Shown: piece after piece, positions 39,601-51,200 of the stretch | How the letters are laid out: each line of letters opens with the position of its first letter | Numbering within the stretch: position 1 is the stretch's first letter | DNA from: Eledone cirrhosa | Lineage: Eukaryota | DNA length: 64,000 nt | Assembly: GCA_964016885.1 (NCBI GenBank) | Contig: OZ024744.1 | Coordinates: forward strand, 99,324,001-99,388,000 | Direction of reading: 5' to 3' | Made by a program: the position numbers and the translations under genes | Notes under the pieces: model-generated | Databases searched by the model: none | Told to the model about the DNA's origin: nothing | What the model saw: the letters and a program-made list of their open reading frames with translations, nothing else

Positions 39601-40768
39601 TCGTCTGTTAGAGCAGTAGTGTGCATTAGGGACTCGTAAAACCTATCCTTAAGTTCGTCTGGCAACCCCGATTGGGGTGCGTAAGCTGATATTATTGTGG
39701 TAATTGTTTTATTCAGGACTAGTCTGAGTTTAATCATTCTTGCATTTACCCTGTATACTGAGATTACTTTATCTACCTACTTGTCAGCTAGTAGTATACC
39801 TACACCACCCATCCCATCGTCATTTCCCACCCAGAAAAATTTGTAGCACTGACTTTTTCCTACAAGGACTCTAGCAGACTCTCCTCTCCATCTAGTCTCT
39901 TGCACACAGCATACATCAATTTCCTTTCGCTCTAGCATCTCTATGATTTCTCCTGCTCTTCCTTTCATTGTGCTTACATTGATGGTACCAACTTGGAGTT
40001 TTGGCCATTTGTCAACATTCGTAGGGAAGGGTCGATTTTTGCAGGGGTGTGCGTGTGCTTCCTGTCTCTGAATTGAAGCTTCACATGGGTGCTTGGTAGC
40101 TCGCGGATTCATATTCATTTTCATTTATTAATTCAGGGCTGCTCCATTTATTCTCAGCTCTTCCATACATAACGGTAGGAAAATTCAGGGCTAGAAGAAC
40201 AGTGGTGGTGGTAATAATGGCAGGGTGTGTTGGGCTGGGACGGGGGAGGAGAGAGGTAGGTAGTAGTAGCAATGGCAGGGTTTGTTGGGGTTGGTAGTGG
40301 GGGGGGGGGGCATGCTGGGGTTTGGTTGGTCGAATAGGCTATGGTGGTGGGAGGGAAATTGTGAGGTAGGTAGCCAAATCATGGCCTGTAGCATCTCATG
40401 GCAAAATAAACCGATAGGAGTAGATGACTTTGAAGAGAAAGCGAACTGATAAATAAAACAACACTAATAATAGTGTAAGAGAGGGGAAATGATAAATACA
40501 GCAACTAATGAGAGAGGAAGAGAGTAGATGACTTCGTAGAGAGGCAGCATGGTAGAGAAAAAGAGGGTAAAAATAAATATGTTGTGGAAGCTAGTGAAGT
40601 GATAAATATAGCAATAATTGTGTGAGCAGAACATTTGCAATTGGGGAAATAGAGGGATACCTGGAAGATTTGTATGGATGGATGGATGGAACGTGGTTAA
40701 GCAGTTCTAGTGATTCATTTTAGCCTTTCAGAGTCAAGTGTGTCTTATCTCTTCAAGAACTTCAAGAT
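36667..40768 (-). mobile_element. Near full-length RTE-clade LINE, inserted in (TA)n
   Basis: APE endonuclease (GTINVST..CVQETRW..AYAPQ..AGDFNGHVG..SQIDF..SQH), RT (QFRF..GTTDA..FVDLKKAFDRV..GVHQGSVLSPLLF..YADD), C-terminal GRPKKT, 3'UTR and (ATG)n tail; 5' boundary approximate. Confidence 0.93.
37094..40124 (-). pseudogene. RTE ORF (APE endonuclease-reverse transcriptase-PHD-like finger), disrupted
   Basis: In-frame stops at 39777 (ADK*), 37949 (KTG*PWELLYADD) and 37094 (KKT*), and one frameshift near 39460. Confidence 0.92.
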
Positions 40769-40786
40769 ATATATATATATATATAT

Positions 40787-41112
40787 GGAGGCACATGCCC
40801 TTGCAATCGAAAAGGTTGTGAGTTCAATTCTCAGACCGGTTGATGTGTTGTTTCCTTGAGCAAGACACTTTATTTCACATTGCTCCAGTTTACTCAGCTG
40901 TAGAAATGAGATGATAGGGACTGGGGTTCATATCATTCCACTGCAAAGTGGTCGTGGAGGTGCCACGGCAAAAAAGCACCCAGCACTCACTGTAAATGAG
41001 GTTGGTGTTAGGAAGGGCATCCAGCTGTAGAAATCAAGCCAGCATCAGTTCCCGTCCCACCCTTGCAAGCAGGGTAAAGTGGACGTAAAATGAAATGATG
41101 ATGATGATGATA
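40787..41112 (+). mobile_element. tRNA-headed SINE (family B) with RTE-derived 3' tail
   Basis: B-box gagttcaattct, core ccttgagcaagacacttt, tail nearly identical to RTE 36790-36945, (GAT)n end. Confidence 0.85.
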
Positions 41113-41384
41113 TATATAAATATGGAACAAAGCTTATCGAATAGAATGGACACAGCTTTAGTTGTTTCCTCACTCACTCAATAATTTAATTAAGATCGTA
41201 TTATGAAAATTTGAATGTAACCAATAAGAGTGTACACTTATACATTAATCAGTAAGAAAGGTGACTTTGCGTGGGTAGGAAATTTGTGTTACCTGAACCG
41301 ATGCACCAGTTTATACAATTACGACCTGCCTGCATTGGTCTGAATGGAACTGCCATATGCAGAAATTAGGGAATGTTAGAATCA

Positions 41385-41772
41385 TTCATCATCACCATTT
41401 TACGTCTGTTCTTCCACGGTAGTATGGGTTAGACGTGTTGTCCTGTTGTGGGCAGTGTCTGGTCGGCTGACCTTGTCTTGCTCATACGGCAACTGATTCT
41501 GGCTTGATTTCTGCAGCTGGATGCCCTTCCTAACACCAACCTCATTTACAGGGAGTGCTGGGTGCTTTTTTGCCGTGGCACCTCCACGACCACTTTGCAG
41601 TGGAATGATATGGACCCCAGTCCCTATCATCTCATTTCTACAGCTGAGTAAACTGGAGCAATGTGAAATAAAGTGACTTGCTCAAGGAAACAGCACATCA
41701 CCTGGTCCGAGAATTGAACTCACAACCTTACGATTGCAAGTTGAATGCTCTAACCACTAAGCCATGTGCCTT
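41385..41772 (-). mobile_element. Full-length family-B SINE with RTE-derived 3' tail
   Basis: Minus strand: ggcacatggcttagtggttagagc (A box), gagttcaattct (B box); ~215-bp tail matching the RTE 3'UTR. Confidence 0.88.
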
Positions 41773-42029
41773 ATATATAATTAGGCAGGAAAGGCATCGT
41801 CAGCGGGGTTTCGCCTTTCTGGTTTGGAAAGTTCCGTATGGTTATCTAGTACACCCTGTTGATGGACACAAATGATGTATTAGTAATCCTCAACTTTCAG
41901 TGGTACGTGACGTGAAAGGGGAAGAGAAGGTAAGCCAGGTCTGACCATTTTACAGGGAACACATACTGGCATTGATTCAAATTGAAAAAAAAAAATGAAA
42001 AACAAGCCATATATATATATATAGGAGAA

Positions 42030-42225
42030 AATATATAGGAAAAAGAAGTTGAAAATGCAATTAGAGTCTTTAAGAAGGTTTATTTACATAATTTATACAA
42101 ATCTCTTTTCCTCTCATAACTTTTGAAAATCATGAAACTTGTGAAACCGGCAAAGTTATAAGTTATTGTAAATAAACCTTCTTAAAGACTCCAATTGCAT
42201 ATTCAACTTCTTTTTCCAATATTTA
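42030..42225. mobile_element. Inverted-repeat Penelope-like remnant with a U3-A8 hammerhead (42116-42159, plus)
   Basis: Arms ggaaaaagaagttgaa..ttaagaaggtttatttaca / tgtaaataaaccttcttaa..ttcaacttctttttcc; ataactt-TTGAAAA-..-GAAA-ccgg-CA-aagttat. Confidence 0.65.
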
Positions 42226-42259
42226 TATCCACGTGGGATATATTAAAACATTTCATTTT

Positions 42260-42300
<41 letters not shown>

Positions 42301-42335
42301 TACATGAATCAAAGTTCTGTTTAAACCATTTATTC

Positions 42336-42380
42336 GCTTACAATTGTTTCTTCAAAACCGAGGTTTGGAGTCTTCGGAGC
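42336..42380 (-). ncRNA. Hammerhead ribozyme with one core mutation
   Basis: gct-CCGAAGA-ctccaaacctcggttttgaa-GAAA-caattg-TA-agc, followed by aataaa. Confidence 0.6.
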
Positions 42381-42599
42381 AATTTTTCAATGATTGTTTA
42401 CATACATGACCTCCTTTCCAACACAAGAGACATACAGAAGAAACATATGTATATATCGATGCACAGTGGGGTGACATCCATTATAATATTTTGTAATAAG
42501 GTAGTAATAAATTACTGTCTTTCACTATTTAGAGTTTAAAATATATATATAACTATAAAAGGTTTTAGTATATACATAACCATAAATAGTATCCTTAAT

Positions 42600-43105
42600 A
42601 TCATCATCATCATCATCATCATCATCATCGTTTAACGTCCGTGTTCCACGCTTGCATGGGTTTGGACGGGAGTTTTCCCACTTGAGGCAAGAGTGGTTGT
42701 CTTGCTCGCATAGGACTGTCTGGCAGGTTTTCTACAGTTGGATGCCCTTCCTAACACCAACCACATTTACAGTGTGGGTCTGGGAGGTTTTTACCGTGTT
42801 GCCTACACGGCCACATTACAGCGTGGACTGTGTGTTTTTTTTTCGTGACACCTACACGATCTCATTTGTTTCGGCCTGGATTTTGTGGCACCGACATAAC
42901 TTTACATAGAAGGGGGTGGTGTGGATGGGGTGGGGGTGGTGGGACGGGGTGTATTTTGTTAGAGATGCCTACTGACTGTAGTAGGTTTTACTTTGTATTT
43001 AGGTAAGGCGGGTCTTCTCTGTTACTGAGTACCGCCAAAGGTCTCGGTCCAGTGACATTGTCTTGGAGTGGTGTAAGTGTGTGAGGTCGGAATTTATCAG
43101 CTCAT
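42600..43105 (-). mobile_element. RTE 3' fragment
   Basis: (CAT)n, shared 3'UTR with 48-bp-like units, C-terminal LDRDLWRYSVTEKTRLT. Confidence 0.8.
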
Positions 43106-43187
43106 ATATATATATATATATATTCATAGAAATATTACAAAACTCATTGCTAGAACAGCCGTTAAAACAGCCAAATGCTGTTAATGA

Positions 43188-43387
43188 NNNNNNNNNNNNN
43201 NNNNNNNNNNNNNNNNNNNNNNNNNNNNNNNNNNNNNNNNNNNNNNNNNNNNNNNNNNNNNNNNNNNNNNNNNNNNNNNNNNNNNNNNNNNNNNNNNNNN
43301 NNNNNNNNNNNNNNNNNNNNNNNNNNNNNNNNNNNNNNNNNNNNNNNNNNNNNNNNNNNNNNNNNNNNNNNNNNNNNNNNNNNNNNN
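43188..43387. other. Assembly gap (200 N)
   Basis: N run. Confidence 1.
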
Positions 43388-44292
43388 AAGAAGAAGAAGA
43401 AGGCAAAGAAGGCAAAGAAGAAGAAGAAGAAGAAGAAGAAGGCAAAGAAGAAGGCAAAGAAGAAGAAGAAGGCAAAGAAGAAGAAGGCAAAGAAAAAGTA
43501 GTAGAAGAAGAAGAAGAAGGCAAAGAAGAAGAAGAAGAAGAAGAAGAAGAAGAAGAAGAAGAAGAAGAAGGCAAAGAAGAAGGCAAAGAAGAAGAAGAAG
43601 GCAAAGAAGAAGAAGGCAAAGAAAAAGTAGTAGAAGAAGAAGAAGAAGGCAAAGAAGAAGAAGAAGAAGAAGAAGAAGAAGAAGAAGAAGGCAAAGAAGA
43701 AGAAGAAGAAGAAGAAGAAGAAGAAGAAGAAGAAGGCAAAGAAGAAGAAGAAGAAGAAGAAGAAGAAGATGAAGAAGGTAAAGAAGAAGAAGCAGAAGAA
43801 GAAGAAGAAGAAGAAGAAGAAGAAGAAGGCAAAGAAGAAGAAGGCAAAGAAGAAGAAGAAGAAGAAGAAGAAGAAGAAGAAGAAGAAGAAGAAGAAGAAG
43901 AAGAAGAAGAAGAAGAAGAAGAAGAAGGCAAAAAAGAAGAAGAAGAAGAAGAAGAAGAAGAAGAAGAAGAAGAAGAAGAAGAAGAAGAAGAAGAAGGCAA
44001 AGAAGAAGGCAAAGAAGAAGAAGGAGAAGAAGAAGAAGAAGAAGAAGAAGAAGAAGAAGAAGAAGAAGAAGGCAAAGAAGAAGAAGAAGAAGAAGAAGAA
44101 GAAGAAGAAGAAGAAGAAGAAGAAGAAAAAGGCAAAGAAGAAGAAGGCAAAGAAGAAGAAGAAGAAGAAGAAGAAGAAGAAGAAGAAGAAGAAGAAGAAG
44201 AAGGCAAAGAAGAAGAAGAAGGCAAAGAAGAAGAAGAAGACAAAGAAGAAGAAGCAGAAGAAGAAGAAGAAGAAGAAGAAGAAGAAGAAGGC
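43388..44292. repeat. (GAA)n microsatellite punctuated by GGCAAA
   Basis: Direct inspection. Confidence 0.95.
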
Positions 44293-44313
44293 AATGTTTC
44301 CTGCCTTCCTTAC

Positions 44314-44325
44314 TCCAGGAATACT
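44314..44325 (-). CDS. Candidate 12-nt frame-preserving microexon
   Basis: tttatgtatttccag|agtattcctgga|gtaagg; phase 1 to phase 1. Confidence 0.25.
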
Positions 44326-44382
44326 CTGGAAATACATAAATATAATATAATATATATAATATATGCATTGAATAATATAATA

Positions 44383-44938
44383 ATTGTTTCTACTTTTTGG
44401 CACAAGGCCATCAATTACATCAGTACATTACTGGTACTTTATTTTATCGACCCCGTAAGGATGAAAGGCAAAGCTAACCTCGGCGTGATTGGAACTCAGA
44501 ACGCAAAGGGATGTAACTCTATGCTGTGAAGCGTGGTGTCTGATGCTCTACCAATTACTGCCAATCCACTGACTTAATAGTTGTTTCTACTATTGGCACA
44601 AGGCCAGCAATTATCACAGCGCATTACTGGTACTTTATTTAATCGAACCCCCCCCCCCCCCGTAAGGAACTCAGACCCTGGGATTTGAATCAGACCGTAA
44701 ATGGCCATAACTCTATGCTGCAGAGCATGTTGTCCAACGCTCTACCGATTCTGGCTACATTTGGCACAAGGCCATTAATTAACTCAGTGCATTACTGGTA
44801 CTTTATTTTATTGACCCCGTAATGATGAAAGGCAAAGCTAACCTCGGCAGGATTTGAACTCAGACCGTAAAGGGCCATAACTCTATGCTGCAAAGCATGG
44901 CGTCCGAATCGCTACTGATAATGCCAATCCATCGCCCT
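44383..44938 (-). mobile_element. Three tandem family-A SINEs
   Basis: Reverse complements of the A-box, B-box and core modules. Confidence 0.85.
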
Positions 44939-45267
44939 CTAATAATAAAATAATAAAATGATATAGAATGGAATATGGCGAAGTAGGTAAAATATCGCTT
45001 ATTTTGTTTCATGCTTATTTTAAGTTTATTGATTGATGTTTGTTTTGTTCTTTTGTTTGTTGTGTTGTTTTTTATGCTTTTTTACGTTTTTTTTTAAAAT
45101 TTTATTTATTATTTTTTTACTATTGATGTGTAAGAACTAAATTGAATTTGGCATTACCAGTCGAGAAACTGTATCATCTAATTAATTAATCTAATTAATT
45201 AATATAATTAATTAATATAATTAAAAATGTACTCATTAACATAACATAAAAATTGTATCTACCTGTT

Positions 45268-48200
45268 GATAGTGTAGTGTGGTATTGTGTGGTGTAGTGT
45301 GGTGTAGTGTGGTGTTGTGTTGTGTAGTGTGGTGTGGTGTAGTGTAATGTAGTGTGGTGTAGTGTGGTGTAGTGTGGTGTAGTGTGGTGTAGTGTAGTGT
45401 GGTGTAGTGTGGTGTAGTGTGGTGTAGTGTGGTGTAGTGTAGTGTGCTGTGGTGTTGTGTAGTGTGGTGTGGTGTAGTGTGGTGTAGTGTGGTGTAGTGT
45501 GGTATAGTGTGGTGTAGTGTAGTGTGGTTTAGTGGGTGTAGTGGGTGTAGTGGGGTGTAGTGTGGCGTAGTGTGGTGTGGTGTAGTGTAGTGTAGTGTGG
45601 TGTAGTGTGGTGTAGTGTGATGTAGTGTGGTGTAGTGTGGTGTGGTGTGGTGTAGTGTGGTGTGGTGTAGTGGGGTGTAGTGTGGTGTTCTGTAGTGTGG
45701 TGTGGTGTAGTGTGGTGTAGTGTAGTGTGGTTTAGTGGGTGTAGTGTGGTGTAGTGTGGTGTGGTGTAGTGTGGTGTGGTGTAGTGGGGTGTAGTGTGGT
45801 GTTCTGTAGTGTGGTGTGGTGTAGTGTGGTGTAGTGTAGTGTAGTGTTGTGTTGTGTAGTGTAGTGTGGTGTGGTGTAGTGTGGTGTAGTGTGGTGTAGT
45901 GTGGTGTGGTGTGGTGTAGTGTGATGTAGTGTGGTGTAGTGTGGTGTGGTGTGGTGTAGTGTGGTGTGGTGTAGTGGGGTGTAGTGTGGTGTTCTGTAGT
46001 GTGGTGTGGTGTAGTGTGGTGTAGTGTAGTGTAGTGTTGTGTTGTGTAGTGTAGTGTGGTGTGGTGTAGTGTGGTGTAGTGTGGTGTAGTGTGGTGTGGT
46101 GTAGTGTTGTGTAGTGTGATGTGGTGTAGTGTGGTGTAGTGTGGTGTAGTGTGGTGTGGTGTGGTGTAGTGTGGTGTAGTGTGGTTTAGGGCAGTGTGGT
46201 GTAGTGTGGTGTAGTGTGGTGTGGTGTAGTGTGGTGTAGTGTGGTGTGGTGTGGTGTAGTGTGGTTTAGTGTGGTGTAGTGTAGTGTGGTGTAGTGTACT
46301 GTGGTGTAGTGTAGTGTATGGTAGTGTGGTGTAGTGTAATGTAGTGTGGTGTAGTGTAGTGTGGTGTAGTGTGGTGTGGTGTTGTGCTGTGTGGAGTAGT
46401 CTGGTATAGTGTGGTGTAGTGTGGTGTGGTGTTGTATGGTATGGTGTGGTGTAGTGTGGTCTGGTGTAGTGTAGTGTTATGTAGTGTGGCATACTGTGGT
46501 GTGGTGCTGTGTAGTGTAGTGTAGGGTGGTGTATTGTGGTGTAGTGTGGTGTAGTGTAGTGTAGTGTAGCGTGGTGTTGTGTGGTGTAGTGTGCTGTAGT
46601 GTGGTGTGGTGTACTGTAGTGTTGATTGGTATAGTGTGGTGTGGTGTAGTGTGGTGTAGTGTGGTGTGGTGTAGTGTGGTGTGGTGTAGTGTGGTGTAGT
46701 GTGGTGTGGTGTACTGTAGTGTGGTGTGGTGTGGTGTGGTGTGGTGTAGTGTGGTGTAGGGTGGTGTGGTGTAGTGTGGTGTAGTCTAGTGTGGTGTGGT
46801 CTAGTGTGTTGTAGTGTGGTGTGGTGTAGTGTGGTGGTGTGGTGTGGTGTAGTGTGGGGTAATGTAGTGTGGTGTAGTGTAGTGTACTGTGGTGTTGTGT
46901 GCTGTGGTGTAGTGTGCAGTTTTGTGGTGTGACGTGGTGTGGTGTAGCGTGGTGTACTGTATTGTAATGTGGTGTAGTGTAGTATGTTGTAGCGTGGTGT
47001 GGTGTGGTGTCGTGTAGTGTGGTGTAGTGTGGTGTAGTGTGGTGTGGTATAGTGCGGTTTGGTGTGGTATAGTGTAGTGTAGTGTGGTGCATTGTGGTGT
47101 GGTGTAGACTGGTGTAGTGTGGTGTAGAGTGTGTGGTATAGTGTGGTGTAGTGTGGTGTAGTGTGGTGTGGTGTAGTGTGGTGTGGTGTAGTGTTGTGTG
47201 GTGAGGTGTAATGTGGTGTAGTGTAGTGTGGCGTAGTCTGGTGCGGTGTAGTGCAGTGTACTGTGGTGTGGTATAGTGTAATGTAGTGCGGTGTGGTGTA
47301 GTGTAGTGTGGCGTAGTGTGGTGTAGTGTGGTGTAGTGTGGTGTAGTATGGTTTAGTGTGGTGTAGTGTGGTGTAGTGTAGTGTAGTGTGGTATAGTGTC
47401 GTGTAGTGTGGTGTAGTGTGGTTTAGTGTGGTGTAGTGTAGTGTGGTGTGTTGTAGTGTGGTGTAGTGTGGTGTTGTCTAGTGTGGTGTGGTGTAGTGTG
47501 CTGTAGTGTGATGTAGTGTGGTGTAGTGCGGTGTAGTGTAGTGTGGTGTAGTGTGGTGTAGTGTGGTGTAGTGTAGTGTGGTGTAGTGTAGTGTGGTGTA
47601 CTGTAGTGTGGTATGGTGTAGTGTGGTATGGTGTAGTGTGGTGTGCTGTAGTGTGGTGTGGTATAGTGTGGTTTGGTGTGGTGTAGAGTAGTGTAGTGCG
47701 GTGCATTGTGGATTGGTGTAGACTGGTGTAGTGTAGTGTGGTGTAGAGTGTGTGGTGTAGAGTGTGTGGTGTAGTGTGGTGTAGTGTGGTGTAATGTGGT
47801 GTGGTATAGTGTGGTTTGGTGTGGTGTAGAGCAGTGTAGTGCGGTGCATTGTGGATTGGTGTAGACTGGTGTAGCGTAGTGTGGTGTAGAGTGTGTGGTG
47901 TAGTGTGGTGTAGTGTGGTGTAGTGCGGTGTGGTGTAGTGTTGTGTTGTGTGGTGTAATGTGGTGTAGTGTAGTGTAGCGTAGTGTGGTTCGGTGTAGTG
48001 CAGTGTACTGTGGTGTGGTGTGGTATAGTGTAATGTAGTGTGGTGTAGTGTGGTGTAGTGTATTGTAATATGGTGTAGTGTAGTATGGTGTAGTGTAGTG
48101 CAGTGTGGTATAGTGTGGTGTAGCGTGGTGTAGTGTGGTGTAGTGTGGAGTAGTGTGGTATAGTGTAGTGTGCTGTAGTGTAGTTTGGTGTGGTGTAGCG

Positions 48201-51200
48201 TAGTATGGTATGGTGTAGTGTGGTGTAGTGTGGTGTGGTGTAGTGTGGTGTAGTGTGGTGTGGTGTAGTGTGGTGTATTGTGGTGTTGTGAGGTGTGGAG
48301 TAGTGTGATGTTGTGAGGTGTGGTGTAGTGTAGTGTGGTGTAGTGTGGTGTTGTGTAGTGTGGTGTAGTGTGGTGTTGTGTGGTGTAGTGTAGTGTGGTG
48401 TAGTGAGGTGTGGTGTAGTGTGGTGTAGTGTAGTGTGGTGTAGTGTGTTGTAGGTAGTGTGGTGTGGTCTAGTGTGGTGTAGTGTGGTGTAGTGTGGTGT
48501 AGTGTGGTGTAGTGTAGTGTGGTGTAGTGTGGTGTGGTGTAGTGTAGTATGGTGTGATATAGTGTAGTGTGGTGTAGTGTGGTGTGGTGTGGTGTTGTGT
48601 AGTATGGTGTGGTGTAGTGTGGTGTAGTGTGGTGCAGTGTGGTGTGGCGTAGACTGGTGTAGTGTGGTGTGGTGTAGTGTGGTGTAGTGTGGTGAAGTGT
48701 GGTGTGGTGTAGTGTTGTGTAGAGTGGTGTGGTGTAGTGTGGTGTGGTGTAGTGTAGTGTAGTGTGGTGTGGTGTAGTGTGGTGGGGTTAGTGTATTGTG
48801 GTGTGGTGTAGTGTGGTGTAGTGTGGTGTTGTGTAGTGTGGTATGGTGTGGTGTAGTGTGGTGTAGTGTAGTCTAGTGTGGTGTGGTGCAGTGTGGTTTA
48901 GTGTGGTGTAGTGTAGTGTGGTGTTGTGTAGTGTGCTGTTGTGTGGTCTAGTGTGGTGTAGTGTGGTGTAGTGTGGTGTTGTGTGGTATAGTGTAGTGCA
49001 ATTTGGTGCAGTGGGGTGTAGTGTGATGTAGTGTAGTGTAGTGTTGTGTAGTGTGGTGTGGTGTAGTGTAGGGTGGTGTGGTATAGTGTTGTGTAGTGTG
49101 GTGTATTGTGATGTAGTGTAGAGTAGTAGTGTAGTGTGGTGTTGTGTAGTGTGGTGTTGTGTGGTGTAGTGTTGTGCGGTGTGGAATAGTCTGGTATAGT
49201 GTGGTGTAGTGTGGTGTGGTGTTGTGTGGTATGGTGTGGTGTAGTGTGGTCTGGTGTAGTGTAGTGTAATGTAGTGTGGTGTACTGTGGTGTGGTGTTAT
49301 GTAGTGTAGTGTAGGGTGGTGTATTGTGGTGTAGTGTGGCGTGGTGTAGTGTCGTGTGGTGTGGTGTAGTGTGGTGTTGTGGTGTGGTGTAGTGTGGGGT
49401 AATGTAGTGGGGTGTAGTGTAGTGTACTCTGGTGTTGTGTGATGTGGTGTAGTGTGTAGTTTTGTGGTGTGACGAAGTGTGGTGTAGCGTATTGTAATGT
49501 GGTGTAGTGTAGTATGTTGTAGTGTGGTGTGGTGTGGTGTAGTGTGGTGTAGTGTGGTGTAGTGTGGTGTGGTATAGTGCGGTCTAATGTGGTGTAGTGT
49601 AGTGTAGTGTGGTGCATTGTGGTGTGGTGTAGACTGGTGTAGAGTGGTGTAGAGTGTGTGGTATAGTGTGGTGTAGAGTGTGTAGTATAGTGTGGTGTAG
49701 TGTGGTGTGGTGTAGTGTTGTGTTGTGTGGTGAGGTGTAATGTGGTGTAGTGAGGCGTAGTCTGGTGCGGTGTAGTGCAGTGTACTGTGGTGTGGTATAG
49801 TGTAATGTAGTGCGGTGTGGTGTAGTGTAGTGTGGCGTAGTGTGGTGTAGTGTGGTGTTGTGTAGTGTGGTGTAGTGTGGTGGGGTGTAGTGTATTGTAA
49901 TATGGTGTAGTGTAGTATGGAGTAGTGTAGTGTAGTGTAGTGTGGTGTAGTGTCGTGTAGTGTGGTGTAGTGTGGTTTAGTGTGGTGTGGTGTAGTGTAG
50001 TGTAGTGTGTTGTAGTGTGGTGTAGTGTGTTGTAGTGTGGTGTAGTGTAGTGTGGTGTGGTGTTGTGTATTGTGGTCTGGTGTAGTGTGCTGTAGTGTGA
50101 TGTAGTGTGGTGTAGTGCGGTGTAGTGTAGTGTGGTGTAGTTTGGTATAGTGTGGTGTAGTGTGGTGTAGTGTAGTGTGGTATGGTGTAGTGTGGTGTAG
50201 TGTAGTGTTGTGAGTTGTGGAGTAGTGTGGTGTAGTGTAGTGTGGTGTGGTGTAGTGTGGTGTAGTGTAGTGTGGTGTAGTGTAGTGTAGGTAGTGTGGT
50301 GTGGTTTAGTGTGGTGTGTTGTAGTGTGGTGTAGTGTGGTGTGGTGTAGTGTGGTGTAGTGTGGTGTAGTGTAGTGTAGTGTGTTGTAGTGTGGCGTAGT
50401 GTGGTGTAGTGTGGTGTAGTGTAGTGTAGTGTGGTGTTGTGTAGTGTGGTGTTGTGAGGTGTGGAGTAGTGTGGTGCAGTGTAGTGTGGTGTGGTGTAGT
50501 GTGGTGTAGTGAGGTGTGGTGTAGTGTAGTGTGGTGTAGTGTGGTTTTGTGTGGTGTAGTGTGGTGTAGTGTGGTGTAGTGTGGTGTAGTGTGGTGTGGT
50601 GTAGTGTAGTGTGGTGTAGTGTAGTGTGGTGTAGTGTGGTTTTGTGTAGTGTAGTGTGGTGTAGTGTGGTGTAGGTAGTGTGGTGTGGTTTAGTGTGGTG
50701 TGGTGTAGTGTGGTATAGTGTGGTGTGGTGTAGTGTGGTGTAGTGTGGTGTCGTGTAGCATGGTGTAGTGTGGTGTGGTGTAGTGTAGTATGGTGTGATA
50801 TAGTGTAGTATGGTGTGGTGTAGTGTAGTGTGGTGTAGTGTGGTGTAGTGTGGCTCAGTGTGGTGTGGCGTAGACTGGTGTAGTGTGGTGTAGTGTACTA
50901 TGAAGTAGTGTGGTGTGGTGTAGTATGTTGAGGTGTAGTGTCTTGTGGTGTGGTGTCATGTGGTGTGGTGCAGTGTGTTGTGGTGTAGTGTCGTGTAGTG
51001 TGGTGTGGTATGAGTGGCATGGTGTGCTGTAGTGTGGTATAGTGTAGTGTGGTGTAGTGTCTTATGGTGTGGCGTAGTGTGGTGTAGTGTGGTGTAGTGT
51101 GGTGTATTGTAGGTAGTGTGGTGGGATTTAATGTGATTGTGGTGTAGTGTGGTGTGGTGTAGTGTGGTGTAGTCTGGTGTAGGTAGTGTGGTGTGGTTTA

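Noticed and set aside
41293-41339. Possible minus-strand exon (PMQAGRNCINWCIGS)
   Set aside because: Starts in phase 2, incompatible with the other candidate exons, and lies in likely repeat-derived sequence
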